64,000 nucleotides of DNA from Terrimicrobiaceae bacterium (GTDB taxonomy: Bacteria; Verrucomicrobiota; Verrucomicrobiia; Chthoniobacterales; Terrimicrobiaceae): assembly GCA_041752695.1 (NCBI GenBank), contig JBGSVZ010000066.1, forward strand, positions 1-64,000, read 5' to 3'. Positions 38,556 through 47,930 of this stretch are shown piece after piece. The notes under the pieces are model-generated. The model had not been told where the DNA came from, did no database searches, and saw only the letters and a program-made list of their open reading frames with translations. Made by a program: the position numbers and the translations under genes. The number at the start of each line of letters is the position of its first letter. Position 1 is the stretch's first letter.

Positions 38556-39656
38556 CTACGATTTTTCGTAGACAATCACGTCATACACCAGCGCGGAGCC
38601 GACCGTGCGGGCCGGACGGAAACCTTCCTTCGCCCAGACTTCGTGCAGATTCGCGGGATGGCGGTAGTCGAATTGTTTGCCAAAAAGTTCGAGCAGCCGG
38701 ACGCTGCGGTGCGGCCGGAACGTGTTGGCGATCAGACTGGCCGTGGGAGTGGTAGTGGCGGCGACCTTTTCGGCAAGTTGCCGGATGGTGAGGGGTTCCT
38801 GCGGCTCCGGCAGGCCGTGGCGGCGTTCGGTGGTGTCGCAGGTGGCGCCTTGTAAATATTCCAGGATACCGATGGTGGTCACCACGTCGCAGGGAGATTC
38901 GCCAGCGGGGGCCACAAAAATATCTTCCGTGCGCGCCGAGATGCCGTCTGGACCTATTTTCCACCCACGCGCGGGAGCGAGTTTGGCCAACAGCCGATTG
39001 GTTTTGGCGGTATTGGCGGGATCGCGGTCGGTAATTTCGGCCACAACGCCCTCCGCGCCGTCGCGCACCAGACGATCGTACGCCAGAATCATGCTCAAAC
39101 CCGTGCCCGCGGCCAGGGCTTTGAGACGAACGGTCCGTCCCGGCGCTAAACGCTTTTTCGCCTCGGAATGGGTGGCTTTCGTTTCCCAAAGGAAACGCAA
39201 TTTTACATCCTTGCCCTGCACCGAACCCAAAAACAATTTGTCCCAGAGGATCGCATTTTTACAGGCGGCAGGCAGGAGCATCATATAGGGGCCGTTCATC
39301 GGATCCCCCCCCTCGACGAGCACCTGCGTCTCCGCGGTGGAGGACGCCAGGAGGGCCTGCGCGTAGGGGTGCCCGGAATGTTCCAACACGCGATTGCGAT
39401 ACGTCGTGCCGTTGCGAACGGTCGTGCGTTTGAGAATCCGGTAGCTCAGCCCCGCCATCAACTGTTGGAGCGGACCTGCGAGCGGGGGTTCTGGCCGGTC
39501 GAAAATGGTTTCGCTCAGGCTCGAAAGGATCTCTCCGGCAAGGGCGGGATTCCCGTCGTTATACAGCGCGGCCACCGCATCCATCGGGCGGAGGTCGCTT
39601 AGGGTCGCTCCGCTTTCTGGGGTTTCGGACGGTCTTGGGGCAGTTTCGACGTTCAT
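38556..39656 (-). CDS. Class I SAM-dependent methyltransferase-like protein
   Basis: ALAAGTG (motif I-like), EITDRD, TEDIF, CDVVTTIGILEYL, SLIANTF. Confidence 0.65.
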   Translation of the reverse strand: MNVETAPRPSETPESGATLSDLRPMDAVAALYNDGNPALAGEILSSLSETIFDRPEPPLAGPLQQLMAGLSYRILKRTTVRNGTTYRNRVLEHSGHPYAQALLASSTAETQVLVEGGDPMNGPYMMLLPAACKNAILWDKLFLGSVQGKDVKLRFLWETKATHSEAKKRLAPGRTVRLKALAAGTGLSMILAYDRLVRDGAEGVVAEITDRDPANTAKTNRLLAKLAPARGWKIGPDGISARTEDIFVAPAGESPCDVVTTIGILEYLQGATCDTTERRHGLPEPQEPLTIRQLAEKVAATTTPTASLIANTFRPHRSVRLLELFGKQFDYRHPANLHEVWAKEGFRPARTVGSALVYDVIVYEKS

Positions 39657-39662
39657 GACCGC

Positions 39663-39691
39663 AAGATAAGCAGGCGGTGCCGATTGCGCAA
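39663..39691 (-). promoter_or_regulatory. Leaderless sigma70-like promoter at the head of the lipid operon
   Basis: TTGCGC-N17-TATCTT-N6-ATG(39656). Confidence 0.5.
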
Positions 39692-39730
39692 AGGCCGCAG
39701 TGCCGGTTCCTCCCCGGGGCGGGAATCAGG

Positions 39731-40564
39731 TCACGGCCAGAGAACGGGATTGAGCGGGCTGTCGAGAATGCCGCCGATTTGGACTCCCGGACACCATTTG
39801 TCCCAATCGCTCTGGTGCTTTTGGTGGGCCGGTTCGATGAGGCGAATGTCCTTATCCACATAGATCATCGTCATGACCCGCCGCGGTTCCGTCGAAGTAT
39901 TTGCCCCCGCGCGGTGAAACGTCCAACCCAGGTGGTAGCTCACTTCACCGAGCGAAAACGGGGTTTCGTCAATGTCCGCCTGCGCTTCCTTGAGGGACTT
40001 CTGGATGAGGGTCTCGCTGTCGTCGCTGATTTCGAGCGTACGCCCAAAAGCCATGCGGTGGGTCTGGCGGGCGAAGGCGAGGGGACCCATCTCCATCCTG
40101 GTCTCCTGGAGCGGAATCCAGACGGTGATAGTGCGGTCGCCGGAGACCGGCCAGTAGTATTGATCGGCATGCCAGGGAGTGATGCCCCCGCCCGGTTCCT
40201 TGTAAAGAGCCTGATCGTGATACATCCGCACGCCGTCCTCCTCGAGAAGTTCGGCGGCGAGACGGGCAAGTTTCGGCGCGAAAGAAAAGGCTTTTACAGT
40301 TTCATCCTGGGTCCAGATGTTCATCACCTGAAGAAAGGCTTTTTGATAAGTGCTGCGCTGCTCCATGGGCAGGTCCATGGTGTTGAGGCGCTTCACCTGG
40401 TCCGTAATTGCGCGGTCGAAATACTGCACGGTTTCCGGCCGGAGCACGTTCTTCAGTTTGATATAGCCGTTTTCGCGGAGATAGGCGATGTCGGCCGCGC
40501 TCACCGGGTGGCGGCCTTGGAGGTCGTCACGGAGGGTTTGGGGGAGGGATTCGAGGGTAATCAT
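39731..40564 (-). CDS. Phytanoyl-CoA dioxygenase (PhyH) family Fe/2OG dioxygenase
   Basis: ENGYI, TPWHADQYYW (HxD), WIPL, HRAGAN..PRR; ATG 40564 preferred. Confidence 0.9.
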   Translation of the reverse strand: MITLESLPQTLRDDLQGRHPVSAADIAYLRENGYIKLKNVLRPETVQYFDRAITDQVKRLNTMDLPMEQRSTYQKAFLQVMNIWTQDETVKAFSFAPKLARLAAELLEEDGVRMYHDQALYKEPGGGITPWHADQYYWPVSGDRTITVWIPLQETRMEMGPLAFARQTHRMAFGRTLEISDDSETLIQKSLKEAQADIDETPFSLGEVSYHLGWTFHRAGANTSTEPRRVMTMIYVDKDIRLIEPAHQKHQSDWDKWCPGVQIGGILDSPLNPVLWP

Positions 40565-40620
40565 AAATTGGGGATCGGCCTGCAACCTAGCGGTCCCGCG
40601 GTCTCTCCTCTACCTGATGC

Positions 40621-40640
40621 TTGACAAAGTATGATACTTT
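40621..40640. promoter_or_regulatory. -35 box and 15-bp palindrome between divergent phyH-like and araC-like genes
   Basis: TTGACA at 40621; AAAGTAT-G-ATACTTT at 40626-40640. Confidence 0.45.
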
Positions 40641-40655
40641 ATTGACTTGCCCGCC

Positions 40656-41516
40656 GTGAAAGCCCTCTACGAAAAAATTCCCCTCGCACCGGGCGAGTCC
40701 CTGGCCTGCCGGGAGTATCGTTCCCCGACCTTCACCATGCCGTGGCACTTTCACCCGGAATGCGAACTGACCCTGATCCAGCGGGGCCGCGGCACCCGGT
40801 TTGTCGGCGACTCGATTGAACGGTTCGCCGATGGCGACCTGGTCTTCTTGGGCTCGAACCTGCCTCACTACTGGTGGAAGGATGGGGACGATCGCCGACA
40901 CGCCGCGGCGGTGGTCCTGCAATTTGACGAAACATTCTCAGGCCGGCTCCTGCTCGAACTTCCCGAGGCCTCCCGCATTCGCGCCCTGCTCAGAGCGTCC
41001 CGTCGGGGGGTGCTTTTTCCCGAAGCGGCCAGCGGTGAGATTGCCGGCATATTGGCGAGGTTGCCGGCACTCCGCGGCTGGCCTCGCTTGTGCGGGGTCT
41101 TCGATCTCCTCGGGCTGATGGCGGAGTTGCGCCCGGTGCGCTTGCTGGCTTCGGCGGGTTATGCGCCGGATCTTGATGAACGTGACGGCAACCGCCTCAC
41201 CGAAGTCTGCCGCTACGTCAACGCGTCCTTTGCCGGGGAGGTTTCCCAGCCACGGGCCGCTGGTCTCGCGGGCTTGAGTCCGGCCGCCTTCAGCCGGTAT
41301 TTTCATAAACGCATGGGTCGGACTTTCGAGGGGTACGTCAATGAGGTGCGCATCGGCCATGCCAGCCGGCGGCTGATGGACACCGACCGCACCGTGGCCG
41401 AAATCGCGTTTGCGTCGGGATTTAACAATCTCTCCAATTTTAATCGGCATTTCCTTCGTTTGAAGGGGATGACGCCGAAAGAATATCGACGGCAGACGGC
41501 CCCGCGGGCCGCCTGA
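40656..41516 (+). CDS. AraC-family transcriptional regulator with cupin domain
   Basis: WHFHPECEL, GSNLPH, GFNNLSNFNRHF..KGMTPKEYR. Confidence 0.93.
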   Translation: MKALYEKIPLAPGESLACREYRSPTFTMPWHFHPECELTLIQRGRGTRFVGDSIERFADGDLVFLGSNLPHYWWKDGDDRRHAAAVVLQFDETFSGRLLLELPEASRIRALLRASRRGVLFPEAASGEIAGILARLPALRGWPRLCGVFDLLGLMAELRPVRLLASAGYAPDLDERDGNRLTEVCRYVNASFAGEVSQPRAAGLAGLSPAAFSRYFHKRMGRTFEGYVNEVRIGHASRRLMDTDRTVAEIAFASGFNNLSNFNRHFLRLKGMTPKEYRRQTAPRAA

Positions 41517-41669
41517 GTGCGAAAGCGTTCCACCGATAATTATCTTGAGCGCAAAGGTGGGGGGGACGAAACTTTCGTCTGTCATGCCTGATTTTCCTCT
41601 GAACGGTGCCCGACTGGGCCAAGCTCACCAGCGCTCTGCCGTTTGCCGGAAAGGTTCTGACTCCGCCCG

Positions 41670-42371
41670 ATGAAAAGCGCGCCCCGTCACGTCGCCATCA
41701 TCATGGACGGCAACGGCCGTTGGGCGCAGCAGCGCGGACTTCCCCGGCTGGCCGGTCATGAACAGGGTTCCAAATCCATCCGCGAATGTGTGGAAGGTGC
41801 CATGGAGGCGGGGGTGGAATTTCTCACCCTCTATGCGTTTTCATCGGAAAATTGGAAACGTCCCGCCGCCGAGGTGTCCGGCCTGATGCTTTTGCTGGAA
41901 CGGTTTCTCGACGAAAAAATCAAGGAGATGCAGGAGGAGGGGGTTCGTCTTTTGGCCATCGGCCGCCTGGCCGAATTGCCCACCGTCTGCCAGCGCAAAC
42001 TCGCTCAAGCCATTGCCGCCACCGCCTCCAATACCAAGCTCACCGTCATCCTCGCCCTGAGCTACAGCGGACGCACCGAAATCGTGGACGCCGTGCGAGC
42101 GGTCGTGCGCGACGCCCGTGCGGGGAAGCTCGACGAAGAGCAGATTACCCAGGAATTTTTTGCGCAGCACCTCTATACCGCGGGGATTCCGGACCCCGAC
42201 CTTCTCATCCGCACTTCCGGTGAAATGCGCGTCTCGAACTTTCTCCTCTGGCAGCTCAGCTATACCGAGATCCATGTCGCGCCGAAACTCTGGCCCGATT
42301 TTCGCAAGGCCGACTTCCACGACGCCCTGCTGGATTACACGCAGCGGAGTCGGAGATACGGGGGAATTTAG
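41670..42371 (+). CDS. uppS: Isoprenyl transferase (undecaprenyl diphosphate synthase)
   Basis: HVAIIMDGNGRWA, YAFSSENWKRP, IRTSGEMRVSNFLLWQ, RRYGG. Confidence 0.95.
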   Translation: MKSAPRHVAIIMDGNGRWAQQRGLPRLAGHEQGSKSIRECVEGAMEAGVEFLTLYAFSSENWKRPAAEVSGLMLLLERFLDEKIKEMQEEGVRLLAIGRLAELPTVCQRKLAQAIAATASNTKLTVILALSYSGRTEIVDAVRAVVRDARAGKLDEEQITQEFFAQHLYTAGIPDPDLLIRTSGEMRVSNFLLWQLSYTEIHVAPKLWPDFRKADFHDALLDYTQRSRRYGGI

Positions 42372-42426
42372 GCGGCGGGGACTGCCACGGGGCAGGCGGG
42401 ATTTTGTTCTCCCGCCCTTCTTCCGC

Positions 42427-43224
42427 TTATTTTTCCGCGATCTCTTTCCGGTATTGGACGTAGGCGCTGCGCACGGCCAGATAGGGGTCGAGGGCGTTTG
42501 CCACCGCCGTGTCGTAGGCGTCAAATTTGTTCGGCAGGAACGAGACGGTGTCCGCCACAGAAACCGGGACGGTCCAGGCCCAACTGCCATAGAAAAATGC
42601 CACCCACGTGATGGGGTTCATGGCGTAGTCACCGGCCAGGCCCACAGTTTCCCGCGTGCTGCTGGGGCCGATGATGGGCCAGACCAGATACGCCCCGTGG
42701 GGGATGCCCCACTTGGCCAATGTCTGACCGGTATCGGCGTCCGGCACATTGGCGAGGGCTGGAATCCGGTCCGAAACCCTCATGATCCCGCCAACGCCAG
42801 CGGTGGAGTTGACCAAAAAGCGTCCGGTTTCAAGCCCCGCCCGGTGAAAGTTTCCCTGCAAGGAGTCGTTGATGAACCGGACGGGGAACTCAATGTTGTC
42901 GAAGACATTGTAAACTCCGGTGCGCACGGGTTTGGGAACCACCGTCCGGTAGGTTCTCGCCACAGGCCGCAGGAGGTAACGGTAGATCTGGTGGTTGAGC
43001 CAGAAGCTGCCTCGATTCAGCGGCTCCAGCGGATCGGGGATGTCCGTCGAATCGTACTCTTCGAGATCGTCATCCTTGGCGGCGACCGATTTGCCCCCTG
43101 CCACACTTTTTCCGTCGGAGGCCGCGGCAGGCGCGGGAGGCTGTTTGCGGGCAGTGGCGCAACTCGTCAGAGACGGCGAGGCGCAGGCCAGGAGGAGGAG
43201 CAGGATGGATGGGCGGATTTTCAT
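42427..43224 (-). CDS. mlaA: VacJ/MlaA family lipoprotein
   Basis: DPLEPLNR, RFLVNSTAGVGG, DTGQTLAKWG, YLVWPIIGPSS, DPYLAVRSAY. Confidence 0.9.
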   Translation of the reverse strand: MKIRPSILLLLLACASPSLTSCATARKQPPAPAAASDGKSVAGGKSVAAKDDDLEEYDSTDIPDPLEPLNRGSFWLNHQIYRYLLRPVARTYRTVVPKPVRTGVYNVFDNIEFPVRFINDSLQGNFHRAGLETGRFLVNSTAGVGGIMRVSDRIPALANVPDADTGQTLAKWGIPHGAYLVWPIIGPSSTRETVGLAGDYAMNPITWVAFFYGSWAWTVPVSVADTVSFLPNKFDAYDTAVANALDPYLAVRSAYVQYRKEIAEK

Positions 43225-43805
43225 TAGTGTGCGGCTTCTGCCTGGGTAAGGGCGCCAATCACGGCGTTGGCCCCGTCTTTTTTGAACTCAGCATCAAATT
43301 GACTGCGATAATTCGCGACCAGGCTCACGCCTTCGATCACCACGTCAGTGATGCGCCAGCCTCCGTCGTCCTCCATGCGGTAGGTGACATCATACTTGCT
43401 GCCCTGGTAGGTGAGAACCGTGGGAATCTCCACCCGGCCGGGGGCGGGGGTGGTCGCGGCCTTGAAGGTGATGACCGGCTTTTCTCCCGGGGTAAACTTG
43501 CTGCTGTAGGTGCGGATGATCAGGGTGGTGAAAAGCTGGGAGGCCTTTTTTTTCTGATCGGGGGTAAACTGGCGCCAGCCCGGTCCGACGGCACGCCGGG
43601 TCATGGCGTCGAAGCTGATAGACTTCAGCAGGATCGGGCGCAAGCTGGTGGCGAGCGCGGCGGTCGTGGGGGCGCGGTTGGCGGCGGAGAGCACCTCGTC
43701 CACTGCGGTCTGGAGGCGCTTTTCCGCCTCAGCGGAGGAGGCCAGTGCGGTCCCGTGGAGGACCAGGAAAGTCGCCAGAAATTGACCAAGACTCCGAAGG
43801 TTCAC
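43224..43805 (-). CDS. mlaC: MlaC/Ttg2D phospholipid-binding protein
   Basis: FDAMTRRAVG..W, WRITDVVIEGVSLVANYRSQF. Confidence 0.9.
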   Translation of the reverse strand: MNLRSLGQFLATFLVLHGTALASSAEAEKRLQTAVDEVLSAANRAPTTAALATSLRPILLKSISFDAMTRRAVGPGWRQFTPDQKKKASQLFTTLIIRTYSSKFTPGEKPVITFKAATTPAPGRVEIPTVLTYQGSKYDVTYRMEDDGGWRITDVVIEGVSLVANYRSQFDAEFKKDGANAVIGALTQAEAAH

Positions 43806-44284
43806 GGGATGGGAGTGGGTTCGGCGTTGGCGTCGGACTTCACGCTGCCAAAGGCCATTTTGCTGATCAACGATTCCAGATCGACCGCAGATTCCGTCAT
43901 AATGATTCGTGTCCCGGGCTCCAGATAAGTTTCATCGGCGCCGGGGGAAAGGGATACGTATTTGTCCCCGATGAGTCCAGAGGTTTTGATGGCGGCCATG
44001 CTATCGGTCGGCAGACGGAGTTGGGAGGCAATCCTCAGCGTGGCGATCGCGCTGTAGTCGGCGGGATCCATGCGGACGGTTTCCACGCGTCCCACGCTCA
44101 CTCCAGCCAGCATGACGGTGCTGCCCTTGTTGAGTCCGCCGGCATTGGCAAAGCGCGCCTCCACGAGGTAGGTGTCGCCACCAACAAGGGAGCCGGAGCC
44201 GAGCTTGATGGTCAGGTAGGCAATGGCAGCGAGGCCAAGCAACACAAAGATCCCGACCAGCAGCTCAAGGTTGGTTTTTTTCAT
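43802..44284 (-). CDS. mlaD: MlaD MCE-domain protein
   Basis: ELLVGIFV, F.NAGGL, AGVSVGRV, TSGLIGDKYV, TESAVDLE. Confidence 0.92.
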   Translation of the reverse strand: MKKTNLELLVGIFVLLGLAAIAYLTIKLGSGSLVGGDTYLVEARFANAGGLNKGSTVMLAGVSVGRVETVRMDPADYSAIATLRIASQLRLPTDSMAAIKTSGLIGDKYVSLSPGADETYLEPGTRIIMTESAVDLESLISKMAFGSVKSDANAEPTPIP

Positions 44285-45075
44285 GACGTTAGAAGGGTAG
44301 GGGCTTCCTGGCGAATGGCAGCAAGAGTCCGGCCAAGAGCGTCAGCACTGTCGCGGAATCCGCAGACCACGGGGTGCGAGGAGGCGGAAAATTCGGCAGG
44401 CGTGCCCTCGAAGCAGATCCGGCCATGGTCCAGGAGTGCCACACGGTCGCTGGCCACAAGAGCTTCGACGACGTCATGAGTCACGACGAGTGCCGTGAAT
44501 CCGAACTGGCGCTGGTAGCGGGCGATCATGGCAAAGACCGCATTGCGGCGGAGGGGGTCGAGGCCTGCGGTGGGTTCGTCGAAAAAGACCAGTTCGGGCC
44601 GCGTGACAATCGCGCGGGCGAGGGCAAGCCGCTTCTGCATGCCGCCGGAGAGCTGGCCGGGGTAGTGGTCGCCATGGTTTTCCATTTCGAGCTGCCGCAG
44701 GGCTTCGTGGCAACGGTCCTGGATTTCCCGGTCGGGAAGGCTGGTCGTTTGTTCAAGCGGAAGGGCGACATTTTCCAAAGCCGTGAGCGAATCGAAGAGG
44801 GCGTTGCTTTGAAAGAGGAAACTGCAGCGCCGCTGAAACTCTCGCCGGGTGGCCGGGCAGAGGAGATGTCCATCGAAGAGGATGCGACCGGAATCGGGCT
44901 CCTCCACATTCGCGAGGCATTTGAGGAAAACCGATTTGCCGGCTCCGCTGGGACCGAGCACAGAGAAAAGTCCGCCGCGCGGCACTTCCAGTCCCACTCC
45001 CTTGAGGACGGGACGTCCCTCAAAGCCCTTGTGCAGGTCCTCGACTTGAAGAAGAACATCGCGCTCGCCTTCCAT
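44281..45075 (-). CDS. mlaF: MlaF ABC ATP-binding protein
   Basis: GPSGAGKS, ALFDSLT, LSGGMQKRLALARA, DEPTAGLDP. Confidence 0.92.
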   Translation of the reverse strand: MEGERDVLLQVEDLHKGFEGRPVLKGVGLEVPRGGLFSVLGPSGAGKSVFLKCLANVEEPDSGRILFDGHLLCPATRREFQRRCSFLFQSNALFDSLTALENVALPLEQTTSLPDREIQDRCHEALRQLEMENHGDHYPGQLSGGMQKRLALARAIVTRPELVFFDEPTAGLDPLRRNAVFAMIARYQRQFGFTALVVTHDVVEALVASDRVALLDHGRICFEGTPAEFSASSHPVVCGFRDSADALGRTLAAIRQEAPTLLTS

Positions 45076-45077
45076 GG

Positions 45078-45854
45078 TCAGACCAGAAACGACGTAATGA
45101 CGTAGTCGGCCACAAGCACAGCGATGCTGGAATGGACGACGGCCCTTGTGGTGGAGGCGCTCACGGCCTGGGCCCCGGTGGCCGAACGGCAGCGATGCGC
45201 GTTGTAGCCGTGGAACGCGCAAATCGACATGGCCAGCAGGCCAAAAGTTCCGGCTTTCAGAAAACATTCCCGGACATCTGCCGCGCGCACGGCCTGCTCG
45301 ACCGACGACCAATACACGCCCGACTCCACCCCGAGCAACAACGACCCGGAAAGACTGCCGCCCCACAACCCGACCGCCACAAAAAGCGCCGTCTGGGCGG
45401 GGAAAACCACCAGTGCCGTAAGAAGTCGCGGGGCCACCAGATAACCGTGGCTGCTCACGCCCATGGTTTCGAGCGCGACGATTTGCTCGCTGTTGCGCTG
45501 AATTCCCAACTCCGCGGCCAACGCCGAACCCGCCTGGCCGACCAGCATGAGCGCGGCCAGCACCGGAGCCATTTCCCGCACCAGGCTCAGAGAAACCAGC
45601 GCGCCAAGAAGACCTTCCGAGCCAAAGCGATTGAGCACGTAATAGCCCTGCAACCCAAGCACCAACCCCGTGAAGGTCCCGACGATCAGGATCACGGGTA
45701 GACAGAGCGTCCCCTGTTCAAAGATGGAGCGCAAAATCCGGCGAAAGAGTCGGCGGGAATGCACGGCCGACCGGAAGGATTTTCCGGTGAACAAGGCAAA
45801 ATCCCCAAATCCGGTCACAATTTGGAGAGTTTGCCGGCCAATCGCGTGCAACAT
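45078..45854 (-). CDS. mlaE: MlaE ABC permease
   Basis: GLVLGLQG, REMAPVL, AELG, EQIVALETM, STTRAVV. Confidence 0.92.
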   Translation of the reverse strand: MLHAIGRQTLQIVTGFGDFALFTGKSFRSAVHSRRLFRRILRSIFEQGTLCLPVILIVGTFTGLVLGLQGYYVLNRFGSEGLLGALVSLSLVREMAPVLAALMLVGQAGSALAAELGIQRNSEQIVALETMGVSSHGYLVAPRLLTALVVFPAQTALFVAVGLWGGSLSGSLLLGVESGVYWSSVEQAVRAADVRECFLKAGTFGLLAMSICAFHGYNAHRCRSATGAQAVSASTTRAVVHSSIAVLVADYVITSFLV

Positions 45855-45971
45855 CACGCGAATTGATGGCAGGAAGAAATCGGTTGTGCAATGCCTCTGG
45901 AGGCAGAACCGGCGGATCGATCCACTCGCCGCGCTGGCTGGAAAAAACTTTTTTGAAAAAATGGCTGTCGG

Positions 45972-45998
45972 TGTCCTTTTCGCGCCGCGTTGTTCGTC
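45972..45998 (+). promoter_or_regulatory. Putative ECF42-type promoter
   Basis: TGTCCT-N17-CGTC, resembling the ECF42 consensus (TGTCGA ... CG[A/T]C), upstream of the operon that ends in the ECF sigma. Confidence 0.45.
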
Positions 45999-46042
45999 GT
46001 TTCCTTTAAAGGCCGCTCCGCTGAGCCGGGCAAACACTCATC

Positions 46043-46450
46043 ATGAATTCTCAAATCTTCGTCAACCTGCCCGTCGCGGATCTCCCTCGGTCCCGCGAAT
46101 TCTTCGAGGCCCTTGGCTACACATTCAACGAACAATTTTCCGACGACACCGCAGCCTGTCTGGTGATCAGCGAAAACATCAACGCCATGCTTCTCACTCA
46201 TGGGAAATTCAGGGAGTTTTCGCCCAGGGCCATCTGCGATTCGTCGAAGGCCTGCGAGGTTTTGATCTGCCTGAGCTGCGATACCCGAGAAGAATTGGAA
46301 ACTCTCGTGCGCCAAGCCGTGGCCGCGGGCGGGTCCACTTACGCTGTGCCCAAGGATTATGGATTTATGTACCAACACAGCTTTCAGGATCTTGACGGGC
46401 ATTGCTGGGAGCTGGTTCAGATGGTGCCCGGAGTAAAGTGCCCTGGCTGA
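46043..46450 (+). CDS. VOC/glyoxalase family protein
   Basis: IFVNLPVADL.RS..FF, DYGFMY..SFQDLDGH.WE. Confidence 0.9.
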   Translation: MNSQIFVNLPVADLPRSREFFEALGYTFNEQFSDDTAACLVISENINAMLLTHGKFREFSPRAICDSSKACEVLICLSCDTREELETLVRQAVAAGGSTYAVPKDYGFMYQHSFQDLDGHCWELVQMVPGVKCPG

Positions 46451-46471
46451 CGCTCTAACCGGAAATCGCTC

Positions 46472-47359
46472 ATGAAGACTTCATCCACTCTGCAAACCTC
46501 CCGGCTCATCCCGGCCACGCCTGCATTTATCCTCCGGGCCTTTCAGGACCCTGAACGCCTCGCCCGCTGGTGGGGGCCGAAAGGATTTCGGAACACCTTC
46601 CACGAATTTGCCTTCGAGCCCGGTGGCGCATGGAGCTACGACATGCACGGCCCGGACGGCACCGTCTATCCGAACAAGAGTATTTTTGACGCAATTTCAG
46701 CGGAACGCATCGTCATCCGCCACCTCGAGCCGATGCACCAGTTTCTCCTCAGCATCACTCTGTCCCCAGAGGGCGAGGGGACCCGGCTCACCTGGACGAT
46801 GGTTTTTGATTCGGTGGAGGAATGCGGCAAAGTGCGCACTTTCGTTCCCCGGTGTAACGAAGAAAACCTCGACCGCCTCGAAAGCGAACTCGCCCGCCTC
46901 ACCGCCGGCGATCGCGAGTTAGTGATTCTCCGTTACGTCGAGGCCCCGCCGGAAAAATTGTATCGGGCCTGGACCGAACCCGACCTGCTGAAACAATGGT
47001 TTGCCCCGCTTCCGTATACCACTCCGGTGGCCGAGCTCGATGTGCGCCCCGGAGGTTCCAGCCTCATTATCATGCGCGGTCCGGACGGCACCGATCTTCC
47101 AAATCCGGGTGTCTATCTCGAGGTGGTGCCCAACGAAAAACTCGTCATCACCGATGCCTATACCAAAGCATGGGAACCTTCCTCGAAACCCTTTCTCACG
47201 ATTGTCCTCACGTTCGAAGACCTAGGCGGACGCACCCGTTACACCGCACGCGCTTTGCACTGGAAGGGTGAGGACCGCGAAACTCACGAAAAAATGGGCT
47301 TCTATCCTGGCTGGGGCCAATGTGCCGACCAACTCGAAGCCCTCGTTGCCCGCATTTAA
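46472..47359 (+). CDS. Tandem SRPBCC (AHSA1-like) domain protein
   Basis: Two repeats: AFQDPERLARWWGP..MHGPDG and AWTEPDLLKQWFAP..MRGPDG. Confidence 0.85.
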   Translation: MKTSSTLQTSRLIPATPAFILRAFQDPERLARWWGPKGFRNTFHEFAFEPGGAWSYDMHGPDGTVYPNKSIFDAISAERIVIRHLEPMHQFLLSITLSPEGEGTRLTWTMVFDSVEECGKVRTFVPRCNEENLDRLESELARLTAGDRELVILRYVEAPPEKLYRAWTEPDLLKQWFAPLPYTTPVAELDVRPGGSSLIIMRGPDGTDLPNPGVYLEVVPNEKLVITDAYTKAWEPSSKPFLTIVLTFEDLGGRTRYTARALHWKGEDRETHEKMGFYPGWGQCADQLEALVARI

Positions 47360-47380
47360 AAACAGAACCTCATCCAAACT

Positions 47381-47917
47381 ATGATTATCAAGATTCTGAT
47401 CGGCTTTTTCCTCCTTGTTGCCATTCTCCTCATCGTCATCGCCACCCGGCCGGCGGACTTCCGATATAGTCGGTCTTTGGCCATTGCCGCACCACCAGAC
47501 GCCCTTTTCGGTCAGATCAACGACTTGCATAAGTTCCAGGATTGGAATCCCTGGGCCCAAGTTGATCCCGCCGCAAAAATCGAATACACTGGCCCGGCCT
47601 CCGGAGTCGGAGCGGCCTACTCGTGGGATGGCAACAACGACGTCGGCGCTGGCGTGATGACCATCGTCGAGTCGAAACCCAGCGAACTCGTGCGCGTCCG
47701 GATGGATTTCAAAAAACCAATGGCCGCCATCCACGACGCCGAATTCACCTTCCGACCCGATGGCGACAAAACTCTCGTCACCTGGAGCATGTCGGGCAAA
47801 AACAATTTCATGAGCAAAGCCTTCGGGCTGGTCGTCGACTGCGACAAAATGGTCGGCGACCAGTTTGCCCAGGGCCTCGCCACGCTCAAGACCCTCACCG
47901 AAAAAACCCAACCCTAA
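47381..47917 (+). CDS. SRPBCC family protein with N-terminal membrane anchor
   Basis: WNPW...DP, GVGA.Y.W.GN..VGAG, TLVTWSM. Confidence 0.85.
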   Translation: MIIKILIGFFLLVAILLIVIATRPADFRYSRSLAIAAPPDALFGQINDLHKFQDWNPWAQVDPAAKIEYTGPASGVGAAYSWDGNNDVGAGVMTIVESKPSELVRVRMDFKKPMAAIHDAEFTFRPDGDKTLVTWSMSGKNNFMSKAFGLVVDCDKMVGDQFAQGLATLKTLTEKTQP

Positions 47918-47930
47918 GAAAACCCACCCC

